DNA from: a virus
Strand: one strand, 5' to 3'
DNA length: 64,000 nucleotides
IMG/VR virus record: IMGVR_UViG_3300037225_001468
Location: 53,742-117,741 of that record
Positions within the stretch are counted from its first letter, which is position 1, and every line of letters begins with the position of its first letter. The translations under genes were made by a program, and so were the position numbers. The notes under the pieces were generated by a model, which saw only the letters and a list, made by a program, of their open reading frames with translations, did not search any database and had not been told where the DNA came from. Below, one piece after another: positions 48,632-58,406 of this stretch.

Positions 48632-48979
48632 ATGATAGAAAAATTTTACTTTGTTGCTGTGGCTTATTCTGGTGATTTTGATATTAAATATGATGATATC
48701 ATATTGAAAATAGCAGATAAAAATTGTGACGGTTCATTGTGGGGACAGGAAAAAATATTTGGCTATAAAGATAATATAAGATATATTGCTTTTGACTATA
48801 ATAAATTGAAATACGCTAAATCAGTTGCAGAAAAATTAAAGACAAAAAAAAGATTGTTTTCTGTATCTGTTTTTAGAAAAGTATATCTTTGTGAGCCAGA
48901 AATAGTTAAAAACTATAAGGGAGAAATAAGTAATACATTTTTATTGTTTATTAAAAAACATAATCCGATTGATATGTAA
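48632..48979 (+). CDS. hypothetical protein
   Basis: AAGGAG RBS; TGn-TATAAT at 48599-48607 upstream. Confidence 0.6.
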   Translation: MIEKFYFVAVAYSGDFDIKYDDIILKIADKNCDGSLWGQEKIFGYKDNIRYIAFDYNKLKYAKSVAEKLKTKKRLFSVSVFRKVYLCEPEIVKNYKGEISNTFLLFIKKHNPIDM

Positions 48980-48988
48980 TGGAGAAAA

Positions 48989-49183
48989 ATGATGAAAAAA
49001 GTATCAGAAGAAATACTAAAGAGATTTAAGCCGATTTGTCTTGTTGATAGTGGTGATGCTGCTGGTATAGTATGTGCAAAATGTGGTGGTATTCTTCTGG
49101 ATCGTTTTTGTCCTGATACAATATATTATGAAATAAATGAATTTGTTTTAACGGCCATAGATAAGCATAAATGTGAGGAATAA
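48989..49183 (+). CDS. hypothetical small Zn-binding protein
   Basis: CAKC ... HKC. Confidence 0.5.
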   Translation: MMKKVSEEILKRFKPICLVDSGDAAGIVCAKCGGILLDRFCPDTIYYEINEFVLTAIDKHKCEE

Positions 49184-49185
49184 AT

Positions 49186-49392
49186 ATGATTAAAAAAGAA
49201 GAAAATAAAATAGTTAAAGAGATAAAAGAATATTCTGCTAAAACGAAAAAACAAGGTAAATGTATTCAGTGTCAACATCCTTGGTATGATGGTTTGTGTG
49301 AGTGTGGTTTAAGCACTGTTAGAGATCAAGGTATAGAGATAGAAATTGTTAAGAAATATTTTTCAATTGGAAAAGATGTTTTTGTAGATTGA
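49186..49392 (+). CDS. hypothetical small Zn-binding protein
   Basis: CIQCQHPWYDGLCEC. Confidence 0.55.
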   Translation: MIKKEENKIVKEIKEYSAKTKKQGKCIQCQHPWYDGLCECGLSTVRDQGIEIEIVKKYFSIGKDVFVD

Positions 49393-49419
49393 AATAATTT
49401 AATTTTTTGGAGAAAAATA

Positions 49420-49617
49420 ATGGCAACAAAAGAAATAGAAATAGCGATTAGTCCAGAAGGTCATCTCTCTATTGACCAGATCGGTTTTGAAGGTAAAGAG
49501 TGTGCTGGTGCTATAGACGCTCTTATTAAAGCGTTAGGCAAAGAAGTATCAAAAACTCATAATAAAGATTGGTATAAAAAACAGAAGGTTCAATTAAATC
49601 AGCAACTAAGAAATTAA
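49420..49617 (+). CDS. DUF2997 family protein
   Basis: IEIAISPEG.LSIDQIGFEGKEC....LIKALG pattern. Confidence 0.7.
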   Translation: MATKEIEIAISPEGHLSIDQIGFEGKECAGAIDALIKALGKEVSKTHNKDWYKKQKVQLNQQLRN

Positions 49618-49639
49618 ATTCTTTTAGATGTAATATTTT

Positions 49640-50782
49640 ATGAAAAAAGATCTTTACAAAACTTTAGAAGTTGATAAAAATGTTTCTCCTGATGATATTA
49701 AAAAAGCATATCGGAGATTAGCCAAAAAATATCATCCTGATGTTAATAAGGAAGAAAATGCTGCTGAAAACTTCAAGGAAGTTCAAGAAGCATATGAAGT
49801 TCTTTCTGATACTCAAAAAAGAGAACAATATGATCAATTTGGAACTGTAGATAATAGTTCGTCTCAACATGATCTTTTTGCTAATATTTATCAGCACTTT
49901 AATAATTTTGGTAATTTTAATAACGCTCGACCTCATCCAGAAGAAGGAGATGATGTTCCTTTTCAGGTTAATTTAACTTTAGAAGAAATATGTAGTGGAG
50001 ATAATGAAAAAGAAATAACATATAATAGAATGTTAAGATGTGAAAAATGTAAAGGAAGTGGATTAAAAGAGGCGGCTAAAAAGAATAAATGTAAGAAATG
50101 TAACGGTCAAGGAATTGTGGTTGTCTCGCATCACGTGGGTGGTGGTATGACAATGAGGCATACTATACCTTGTCCTTTCTGTAATGGTGTAGGTTTCACT
50201 ATTAAAAATGAAGATAAATGTGAGAGTTGTAAGGGAGTAGGATTAGTTGAAAAAGAGGCAAATGTTAAAGTAAAAATACCGGCAGGAATGAAATCTGGTC
50301 AAGGGATGCGTATCACTTCAATGGGTAATGAGGGAGAAAATGGTGGACCAAGTGGTAATTTAATAATAAGAATAAATGTTTTAGAGCATGAGGTTTTCAA
50401 AAGAGAAAATGATGATTTAATTATTAAATGTCCTCTAATTTATAGTAAGGCTGTTTTAGGAGGACAGATAGAAATACCAACCATTTATCATACTATAGAA
50501 AAGATTACAATAAAGCCGGGGACACAATGGGGAGAGTATGTGACACTAAATGGTTTTGGAACACCTATATTAAACGATAATGGAAATAAGGGTAATTTAA
50601 TTGTTGCTTTTTATGTTTTATTACCTCAAAAAATTACTAATGAATATAAAAATAAATTAGAAGAGAGCTCGTTATTAGAAGAAAAACAAATATTTGGTGA
50701 CGATAATAATAACAAGAGTAATATAAACAAATATATGGAGAAAATACAAAATGGCCTTCAAAAAGAAAATATCAGCGAATAA
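49640..50782 (+). CDS. dnaJ: molecular chaperone DnaJ
   Basis: J domain with HPD, four CxxCxGxG repeats, C-terminal domains. Confidence 0.95.
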   Translation: MKKDLYKTLEVDKNVSPDDIKKAYRRLAKKYHPDVNKEENAAENFKEVQEAYEVLSDTQKREQYDQFGTVDNSSSQHDLFANIYQHFNNFGNFNNARPHPEEGDDVPFQVNLTLEEICSGDNEKEITYNRMLRCEKCKGSGLKEAAKKNKCKKCNGQGIVVVSHHVGGGMTMRHTIPCPFCNGVGFTIKNEDKCESCKGVGLVEKEANVKVKIPAGMKSGQGMRITSMGNEGENGGPSGNLIIRINVLEHEVFKRENDDLIIKCPLIYSKAVLGGQIEIPTIYHTIEKITIKPGTQWGEYVTLNGFGTPILNDNGNKGNLIVAFYVLLPQKITNEYKNKLEESSLLEEKQIFGDDNNNKSNINKYMEKIQNGLQKENISE

Positions 50783-50984
50783 CGTAGAAGTTATTAAAAC
50801 TGGAAATAATGATTTTCCGGTTGGAATGAGATTTGTATATGATGGTAAAATATGGCATGTGACAGCATGTATTACTGCTGATAATTCAGAACTAAGAAGA
50901 ATTGTTTCTGACAGTGGAGAAGATACAGTTCTTTCTCTTACTAGTTTAAGAAAAGATGCTAAAAATATAAAGTTTGTTGAATAA
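50751..50984 (+). CDS. hypothetical protein
   Basis: 77-aa ORF. Confidence 0.6.
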   Translation: MAFKKKISANNVEVIKTGNNDFPVGMRFVYDGKIWHVTACITADNSELRRIVSDSGEDTVLSLTSLRKDAKNIKFVE

Positions 50985-51181
50985 TGAAAAAAACTGAATT
51001 AAATCTTGATATTCTTCCTTCTGGAGAAATAAGATTTTGTCGATGTTCACCAGAAAAGAACAAAAAACTCTTAGAAATGTTAAAAGATTTTGGTATTAAA
51101 AACATTAGTGATTTAGAAGAGTTTTTTAATGCCGGAAACTCTATAGAACAGATTTTTGGTGATGAGCAACTCTGCGGATAA
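50984..51181 (+). CDS. hypothetical protein
   Basis: 65-aa ORF, TAATG coupling. Confidence 0.55.
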   Translation: MKKTELNLDILPSGEIRFCRCSPEKNKKLLEMLKDFGIKNISDLEEFFNAGNSIEQIFGDEQLCG

Positions 51182-51290
51182 GAAGAATTATATTAAAATA
51201 AAAAAGACAACTCTTGATATAACAAGATTTGTTCTTAAATGAAACTAATATCGTATGTTTCTCCGATATATTAAATATAAGGAGAAGCAT

Positions 51291-51968
51291 ATGAAAAACA
51301 TAATAATTGGTATTGATTGTGGTTTATCTGGGGCTATTGCTACAATAGAAGATGATATCATGTCTGTGGTTTCTATGCCTGTTAAAAAACAAATAATAAA
51401 TAAAAAGAATAAAAACGTATATGATATTCCTATTATTATATCTTTATTTGAAGGGGTTAGAGGACAATTTGACGGTCATTCAGGAAATAATGTTATTTGT
51501 TTAATAGAAAAACAGGGAGTAAGACCAGGAGAAGGGTCTGTTTCAGCTATGACTATTGGAGATAATTATGGAGTGCTTAAAGGCTTAGCTCTTGGCTTTG
51601 GTTTCGCATTACATATTATTAGACCGATTACTTGGAAAAAAGAGTATCCAGAGTTGACTAATTCTATAGAGGTTATTAAACTTAGGGAAGAAATAAAGAA
51701 ATTAAATACTAAAATTAAGAATATAAAGGATAAAGTAGAAAAAAAGATAATTAAAAAAGAAATAGATAAACAGAAAAGGCAGGTAAAAATTATAGAAAAA
51801 GATGCCGCTAGGGTATTGGCAACAAAACTTTATCCTAATATGGTTTTAGAATTTGAAAGAAAAAAAGATGACGGTAAGGCTGAAGCTGTTCTTATGGCCT
51901 TATATGCTAAAAATAAGCTGTCATATGAAGAGGTAGCTAAAAATACTTTAATGGGAAAATTCTCATAG
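51291..51968 (+). CDS. RuvC-like Holliday junction resolvase with coiled-coil insertion
   Basis: IIGIDCGLSGA, LIEK, P.TWKK, DGKAEAVLMA; start reassigned to ATG 51291 after AAGGAG. Confidence 0.85.
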   Translation: MKNIIIGIDCGLSGAIATIEDDIMSVVSMPVKKQIINKKNKNVYDIPIIISLFEGVRGQFDGHSGNNVICLIEKQGVRPGEGSVSAMTIGDNYGVLKGLALGFGFALHIIRPITWKKEYPELTNSIEVIKLREEIKKLNTKIKNIKDKVEKKIIKKEIDKQKRQVKIIEKDAARVLATKLYPNMVLEFERKKDDGKAEAVLMALYAKNKLSYEEVAKNTLMGKFS

Positions 51969-51977
51969 GAAAACTAA

Positions 51978-52352
51978 ATGGATTGGTATAAAAAAGCACA
52001 GAATACTTTAGAAACATTTGAAGATCGTAATCGTCTAAATGAGCGTATTAGATTTTTTAAGAAGATGATAGGAACTTTGTTATATATGAAAAAATATGTA
52101 TATCAAAATGCTCCTCATGCTCGAAAGATATTATTAGATTTTTATGAAAATAAAGTAATGTCGTCTTTCCCGGGTATCAGAGACATATTAAAAGAAGCAA
52201 TAGATAGGTCTTTAGATAATTATGGCAATTTTGCTGAAATATGTCAGAAAGCAGTAGATAAATTATACGAGAAAATAAAAGAAATGGAACAAGAAAGAAC
52301 AGATTTTGTTAATAAAAAATTGCCACAAAAATTAAATAAAGGTAAAAAATGA
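51978..52352 (+). CDS. hypothetical protein with MDWYKKA N-terminal tag
   Basis: 124-aa ORF. Confidence 0.7.
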   Translation: MDWYKKAQNTLETFEDRNRLNERIRFFKKMIGTLLYMKKYVYQNAPHARKILLDFYENKVMSSFPGIRDILKEAIDRSLDNYGNFAEICQKAVDKLYEKIKEMEQERTDFVNKKLPQKLNKGKK

Positions 52353-52984
52353 CTGAAATTACTGAAATTAAAAAAGCAGAAAAATTAACACCAATGATAC
52401 AGCACGCAGAAAGTCTGTCGGAAAACGTTATTACTAAATGTAATTGTAAGTTATGTAATTCTCCTTTTAGGATAGAAGCGGAAGAGATATATGAACAGAT
52501 GAATAGCGCTAAATATGTTTGGAAATGGTTGTTGGGTAAGGGAGAAAAAATATGTTATCTTCCTGTTCGAAACCATATTATTCAACACTACTTAAAACAA
52601 GAGCAAAATGTTAAGATTAAAAGTTATTCAGAGCATTTGAAGGTGTGGGTAAATCAAAAAATAGATAAAAAAAGTTCTATAGAAGAAAGAATAGCGATGT
52701 TAAATAATGAACTTATTATTATAGCATCAGAGACAGAAGGACTTTCTTTAGAAGAAAGAAGAAGAAGTTCTGAAGCGATTAGAAAAATAACAGATAGTAT
52801 ATTGATGCACGAAGAGAAACTTGATGCGATGGATAAAAGTATTGAGCCTATTTATGTTGTTATTAATAAGTTAAGAGATATTATTGCTGAAAAAATAAAG
52901 AAATCTTCAAATGAAGAAGTTAAAAAAGAATTAATGTCTTTATTGGAAGAATTATCTGCTAGTTTAGGGGATCTTATGATATGA
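52349..52984 (+). CDS. hypothetical Zn-binding coiled-coil protein
   Basis: CKLC ... RNHIIQH, then a long helical region. Confidence 0.65.
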   Translation: MTEITEIKKAEKLTPMIQHAESLSENVITKCNCKLCNSPFRIEAEEIYEQMNSAKYVWKWLLGKGEKICYLPVRNHIIQHYLKQEQNVKIKSYSEHLKVWVNQKIDKKSSIEERIAMLNNELIIIASETEGLSLEERRRSSEAIRKITDSILMHEEKLDAMDKSIEPIYVVINKLRDIIAEKIKKSSNEEVKKELMSLLEELSASLGDLMI

Positions 52985-52989
52985 GACTG

Positions 52990-53173
52990 AACGTAAAACC
53001 TCAATGTTTTAACTTGAGGAGTATGTCAGGCTTCAGAACAGAAATAAAAACTCTGTTATTTCTACTCGAAAGAGTAAAAATGAGATTGAACCTCTTTGTA
53101 AGAGAAAACCAATTTTACGAAAGTTTGATCGTGGAATGAAGAATCCGCTAAACTTTAGTTTGCGGAGTGTCAA
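52990..53173 (+). mobile_element. non-autonomous IS200/IS605-family end / TnpB omegaRNA-like structured element
   Basis: Hairpin CCTCAA..TTGAGG+AGTATGTCA and AAGAATCCGC(T)AAAC-TTTA-GTTTGCGGAGTGTCAA, with internal hairpins. Confidence 0.65.
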
Positions 53174-53192
53174 GATAGAGAGATAATGTTTA

Positions 53193-53360
53193 GTGTCTAA
53201 AAAAATTACATCAATGTATATGAGATACAAACAGAGAAAAGAGGAGGCTGTTGCTAAAATTGAACAGTCTCAAAAAGAAATGAAAAATATTTTTCCATTA
53301 ATAAAAAATAATAAAGAAGAAAAAAAACATAGTGGATGTAATTGTTCAAGAAACAAATAA
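53193..53360 (+). CDS. small basic protein ending in GCNCSR (not in the ORF track)
   Basis: GTG...TAA, 55 aa MSKKITSMYMRYKQRKEE...HSGCNCSRNK; fills the gap before the CCA enzyme. Confidence 0.55.
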   Translation: MSKKITSMYMRYKQRKEEAVAKIEQSQKEMKNIFPLIKNNKEEKKHSGCNCSRNK

Positions 53361-53364
53361 AGTT

Positions 53365-55836
53365 ATGAATAAAAAAGAATATATCAACATAATAAAAGAT
53401 TGTTATAAAGAGTATCAGAGTAAAGAAATGTGTCTTGGTTATGCTCAAATTATCTATGATCATTTAATGTCGTTAAGATATGTTAAAGATGAATTCATGA
53501 GTTATCCTAAAAGTGTTTTAGAAGATCTTTTTAAGGAAGATAATTTATCTAAATTATCATATTATCCTTGTGATGTTATAGAACTAAGATATGTTATTAG
53601 AAGTGAAAAGATTTTAACTATTAATCCTACAATTTATTTTTCTTTTGAATTTTCAAATAAACATTTTCAAGATTATCCTTTACTTTTAGGATTTGAGTGT
53701 GAAAAAAAAGATGATGGTTTTTCTTTGTCTCGAATGAATAAAAATCCTGAATTAAAAAGAGTTTATTTGAGAGAAGAATATATAGAAACAGAAATATGTG
53801 AAACCATTCAAAACATTATTAAAGACGAGAAGGTTTGTGTTGATTTTAATGTTATTTCTGATGTTCCGGGATTAAAAAATAAGAAGTTTGATTTGTCTGT
53901 ATTTAATTTATTGAAATTTTCAGGTGTAGAAGAAATTCAGTTTACAGAAAAGGAAAAAGCTATTTTTGATTTCTTGAGATATGTAAAACAGGTAAATCCT
54001 CAATTTGCCAATGTAGTGTTAAGAGTGGCCGGCGGGTTCGTTCGTGACAAATTACTTGGAATACCAAGTGATGATATAGATATAGCTTTATCTGGTATAA
54101 CTGGAAAACCATTTGTTGAAGCAATAATGAAAGTTGGACAAACAATGAAAGATAGTCCAGTTGGAAAATCTTATTTAGTTGAACAAGATGTAGAAAAGAG
54201 TAAGCATTTAGAAACTGCTGGGGTTGATATTTTCGGGCAAAAAATAGAATTTGTAAATCTTAGAACTGAGATTTATGATCCTGCTTCTCGCATTCCAGTA
54301 ATGGCTATTACAGATGATCCTGCCGCAGATGCCATAAGAAGAGATTTAACCATAAATGCTTTATTTTACAATATAGATACTGGAAAGGTTGAAGATCACG
54401 TAAATGGAAGAGAAGATTTGAAAAATATGAACCTTCGCACTCCATTAGATCCAGTAAAAACATTTACTGATGATCCTTTAAGAATGTTGAGAGTATTAAG
54501 GTTTTATAGTAAATATCCTAATTCTCATATTGATCCTAAAATAGTAGAAGCAATGAAAAATCCAGAAGTTCAACAAAAATATTCTAAATTATCTACCGAA
54601 AGAGCTTCTAAAGAAATTCGCAAAATGATGGAAGGTGACAAAGCTGTTCCTGCCGTTAGAATATTATTAGAAACTGGTTTGTATAAAAAGGTATTTCAAA
54701 TTCCAGAAGACTGGCATGATATTACTATGGATCAAGCTAATGCTCATCATAAATTAAACTTGATGGAACATACTCTTGCTGTTATGGAAAATTATGATAA
54801 AATAGCAAAAGAACAAAATCTTCCTAAAGAAGAAAGAGGTTTAATGAGGATTTCGACACTGATGCACGATTTTGCTAAAATGAGCCCTCAAATAAGAAAA
54901 GAACATCCTAAAAAGCCGGGGCAATATAGATATATTGGACACGATCAGGAATCAGCAAGGTTTGCTGAAAACATTATGACAAGAATGGGATTTGAGCCAA
55001 CAGAGAAAAAGTTTGTTACCACAATAATTTCAAATCACATGAGTCCTCACACTATAAGACCTAATATGGATCCAAAAGCCATTGGTAGGTTTTTGAATAA
55101 AACAACTCAATATTATAAGAGAGTTATGGAACATGCACATGCTGATGAATTAAGTAAGGGTTGGTTTGAAAATGGAGAAGAGGAGACCTTAAAAAAACAA
55201 CACCAAGATGCTATAGCAAAAATAGAAGCATATCGTCAACAGATGGGGGAAAGAGTTTTTAAGCCTGTTATTGATGGCAATAAAATTAAAGCAATAGTTC
55301 AAGAAGTTGCTCCTGAAATGGTAGCTAAAAATGCTATGATAAAAACTAAAGAAGGTATGAAACCGGTTCATTATATGACTTATTTGATTGGGCAACTTAT
55401 GGAACAGCAATGGTCTCAGAGAGTAAATAACGAAGTAGAGGCGGATAAGTTTGTTCGTGGAGCAGTAAAGAACATTTTTAATCTATGGAAAAGCCAACAA
55501 TTAAATAATCCGGTAGATAAAAAAGCAGACGCCTCTTCAAGTGAAGGCCCGGATGGTGGAGACGGATATGAAGGAAATACTTTTAGGGGTAGTAAAGATG
55601 ATATGGTTTTTATGTGGCATTCTTCTCCTACTCGTTTTAGAAAAGGTTCAAAAGTAAGAATGAATACTTCTTTTGGCGGAAAAGGATTGGGTTCTGAACA
55701 AATTGAGGGAAGAGTTGTTTCTCTAAATGAAATTAAAATGATAGTAGAGTGGGAGTCTCCTGAAAAATATAAAGGGAAGAGAACGGGTTATGATTTGACT
55801 GACACCGTTCGATTAGGAAAGTTAAACGTAATATGA
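53365..55836 (+). CDS. cca: class II tRNA nucleotidyltransferase (CCA-adding) with HD domain and N-/C-terminal extensions
   Basis: VAGGFVRD, DDIDI, EFVNLR.E, RRDLTINALF, DDPLRMLR, EHT..MHDFAK..GHD; start reassigned to ATG 53365. Confidence 0.88.
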   Translation: MNKKEYINIIKDCYKEYQSKEMCLGYAQIIYDHLMSLRYVKDEFMSYPKSVLEDLFKEDNLSKLSYYPCDVIELRYVIRSEKILTINPTIYFSFEFSNKHFQDYPLLLGFECEKKDDGFSLSRMNKNPELKRVYLREEYIETEICETIQNIIKDEKVCVDFNVISDVPGLKNKKFDLSVFNLLKFSGVEEIQFTEKEKAIFDFLRYVKQVNPQFANVVLRVAGGFVRDKLLGIPSDDIDIALSGITGKPFVEAIMKVGQTMKDSPVGKSYLVEQDVEKSKHLETAGVDIFGQKIEFVNLRTEIYDPASRIPVMAITDDPAADAIRRDLTINALFYNIDTGKVEDHVNGREDLKNMNLRTPLDPVKTFTDDPLRMLRVLRFYSKYPNSHIDPKIVEAMKNPEVQQKYSKLSTERASKEIRKMMEGDKAVPAVRILLETGLYKKVFQIPEDWHDITMDQANAHHKLNLMEHTLAVMENYDKIAKEQNLPKEERGLMRISTLMHDFAKMSPQIRKEHPKKPGQYRYIGHDQESARFAENIMTRMGFEPTEKKFVTTIISNHMSPHTIRPNMDPKAIGRFLNKTTQYYKRVMEHAHADELSKGWFENGEEETLKKQHQDAIAKIEAYRQQMGERVFKPVIDGNKIKAIVQEVAPEMVAKNAMIKTKEGMKPVHYMTYLIGQLMEQQWSQRVNNEVEADKFVRGAVKNIFNLWKSQQLNNPVDKKADASSSEGPDGGDGYEGNTFRGSKDDMVFMWHSSPTRFRKGSKVRMNTSFGGKGLGSEQIEGRVVSLNEIKMIVEWESPEKYKGKRTGYDLTDTVRLGKLNVI

Positions 55837-57689
55837 ACTGGTATCGTTTCATAAAGTTTGCTGTAAGTCAGAATATAGCAGATAAATTACAGAAATGGCT
55901 TGAAGCAAATAAATTAGAACAATTTCCTCAACTATTTGGTGAAAATGATAGGATAGTTTTACCATTTGTCAATAAGCCAATGACATTGATAATGAATATG
56001 TTAGAACAAAGGGGTTATTCTATTGATATAAGTAGACAGATGGCCTATAAAAAAGTAAAAACTAACTTTGGAGAAAAGCTTCAACCAATAAAAATATCCA
56101 AAGCAATACAAAAAGAGTTAGGAGAAGACACTCTTAGACTTTGGAATGAAGAAGGTGGATTTTGGTCAATAGTTATATCACGAAAGCCTATAGATGTAGT
56201 TAGAATGAGTGATTTTAAGGGAATACAATCTTGTCATTCTGAAGGTGGAAGTTATTTTAAGTGTGCTGTAGCGGAAGCGCTGGGCTATGGAGCAGTTGCG
56301 TTTTTGGTTCCTACTAAAGATGTAAAATCTGTTCCTGATTTACAGTCAGAAGAGATCTTTGAAGACAGAAAAAGAAAAGTTCCCGGAATAGTTCCTACTT
56401 CAAGAATAAGATTAAGAAGATTTATCAATGAGGATAAGGGATATGATTTAGCTATTCCAGAAAGACATACTTATGGAAATTCCATTGACGATTTTAGGGA
56501 TGAACTGATGAAATTCGTTTGGGAAAAGCAAAAAGAAATGACTGATAATGGAAAAGACCTTTCTGACCTAAATAATTTTCATAGAGCAGGAGGTTCATAT
56601 CAGGATACTGAAAGTAAAAAATTATTTTTTGATTACCTGACATATGGCGGAATAAAAGGTAGTGATATGAAGTTTAAGGGAAATATAGAATATCGCGGAG
56701 AAGACGACTATGAAAGTGTAGTGCAACAATATGAACAAGAAATAGAAGAGTTTAAGGAAGCAATACCATTAAAGTATTCTTATATTGAAGCGAATGTTGA
56801 AATAGAGGGTGATGAAAATAACTTTGTTATGATGTACGTTTTTGGAGGAATAAACTTTGAATATGATTTAGGAAAAGAATTTTCTGATGTTAGCAAAGAT
56901 GACTCTTCTCTTATTCTATTAGAACGTAAATTAGAAGCAAACTATAGAGAAATAAAAAAAGTTATTCATGAAATTCCATCTTCGGGATTATATTCAGACA
57001 TAGATGATATAGGATGGGATTTTAGAAATGGAAAATTAGTTTTTCGTGTTAAATTGTCTTTTGAAATGGAACAAGATACTCCTGACGCATATAAAGCAGA
57101 AAGAATGGATTTGAAAGATTTTGAAGAAAAAAAATATATTTATTTGTATGCTAAAATAGGAGATATATTAGCTTCTTATATTAAACTTCCAATTAAAGAA
57201 CATCCTTATTATCAAGCCCTTAACAAGCAGCTAATATTTAAGTATTTAAGTGTTGAAAATAGTGATTATCACTTACGGATTGAGACTGCTAAAATTTCTT
57301 TAGGAACATCAGAAACTTCTTTTAATGATTATGAGATCGAACTTGCTATTAAACAATTTTTATCATCTGAAATTACAAGAATATATCAGTCAGTTCAGCA
57401 ATCTCAATCTCAACAGATGTATTTTGAATTATTTAGAAAACCAGAAATAAAAAATGTTTCAAATATAGTTCCAGAAATATGGTTTTATAATGTTGACAAA
57501 ACAATACCACAGATTAAAATAGGATTTGAACTAAGCGTAGTAAATAGCATTGAAGATTTTAATAATAAAATGGAGTTTTTGAAAGTTCTTGATGAATATT
57601 TGCCTAAATTGGTTGTAGGAATACAAAATGTTTTTGCGCAAAAAATGAAAGAGACAATAGAAATGAAAAAGAAAATGGGAGTGCAATAA
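55833..57689 (+). CDS. hypothetical protein with MNWY tag
   Basis: 618 aa; internal ISRKPIDVVRMSD..QSCH block. Confidence 0.75.
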   Translation: MNWYRFIKFAVSQNIADKLQKWLEANKLEQFPQLFGENDRIVLPFVNKPMTLIMNMLEQRGYSIDISRQMAYKKVKTNFGEKLQPIKISKAIQKELGEDTLRLWNEEGGFWSIVISRKPIDVVRMSDFKGIQSCHSEGGSYFKCAVAEALGYGAVAFLVPTKDVKSVPDLQSEEIFEDRKRKVPGIVPTSRIRLRRFINEDKGYDLAIPERHTYGNSIDDFRDELMKFVWEKQKEMTDNGKDLSDLNNFHRAGGSYQDTESKKLFFDYLTYGGIKGSDMKFKGNIEYRGEDDYESVVQQYEQEIEEFKEAIPLKYSYIEANVEIEGDENNFVMMYVFGGINFEYDLGKEFSDVSKDDSSLILLERKLEANYREIKKVIHEIPSSGLYSDIDDIGWDFRNGKLVFRVKLSFEMEQDTPDAYKAERMDLKDFEEKKYIYLYAKIGDILASYIKLPIKEHPYYQALNKQLIFKYLSVENSDYHLRIETAKISLGTSETSFNDYEIELAIKQFLSSEITRIYQSVQQSQSQQMYFELFRKPEIKNVSNIVPEIWFYNVDKTIPQIKIGFELSVVNSIEDFNNKMEFLKVLDEYLPKLVVGIQNVFAQKMKETIEMKKKMGVQ

Positions 57690-58406
57690 GTGAACTGGTA
57701 TAGTTTAATAAAACTTTCTAAAAACATAGAACTTCCACAGTCTATCTATAAAGATATAGAAGATTTGGCGAATGTCATTATAAATGATATTCTTGTTGGT
57801 AAAAAGCAAACTTACACAATAGATTACATTGATAAATATACAAATAAAAATAGTATTATTTATTTTAAGACAAAAGATAATGATAATAGTAAAAAAAATA
57901 CTATTGCTATATTTTTAATGGTAAATAAAGATCCTGTAATATGTATATTTCCAGGTCACATGATAACAAATGGTCTTATAAAAAACTTTCGAGATAAAAA
58001 TATTAAAAATATATTGATGTCATATTTAATTCACGAAGTCGTTCATGCTGTCGATATTAAAAGTCAAATGGATAGTTTTAGGGAAAAAAGAGAAAAGTTA
58101 AATAAAAATTTTGATAAGAAAAAATATTATAATTTTCCACCAGAGTTTGACGCATTTAGTAAACAAATGAGTTATGATATAGTTGAGTATATTAAACAAA
58201 AAAATAATGATAGTAATGTAATAAAGTATATTTTTGATTGGCTTCGCAGTAATGCTGTAATCTTGCCATCTATTCTGAAAGATAAATATAGTGGCTTTTT
58301 TAGTAACATAGAAAAAAATAATCTAAAAATATTAAAAATGAGAATATATCATGATATATCTCAAAGTTTAGACAAATTTAAGGACAACAAAAATGGCACT
58401 ACATAA
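57690..58406 (+). CDS. hypothetical HExxH protein with MNWY tag
   Basis: GTG start; LIHEVVHAVD, YYNFPPEFDA. Confidence 0.7.
   Translation: MNWYSLIKLSKNIELPQSIYKDIEDLANVIINDILVGKKQTYTIDYIDKYTNKNSIIYFKTKDNDNSKKNTIAIFLMVNKDPVICIFPGHMITNGLIKNFRDKNIKNILMSYLIHEVVHAVDIKSQMDSFREKREKLNKNFDKKKYYNFPPEFDAFSKQMSYDIVEYIKQKNNDSNVIKYIFDWLRSNAVILPSILKDKYSGFFSNIEKNNLKILKMRIYHDISQSLDKFKDNKNGTT

Noticed and set aside
51203-51236. Imperfect hairpins at 51203-51236 and 41434-41451 as terminators
   Set aside because: AT-rich, mismatched or short stems without a clear U-tract; too weak to call
52349-52984. Terminase small subunit assignment
   Set aside because: Only general architecture fits; no adjacent large terminase and no diagnostic motif
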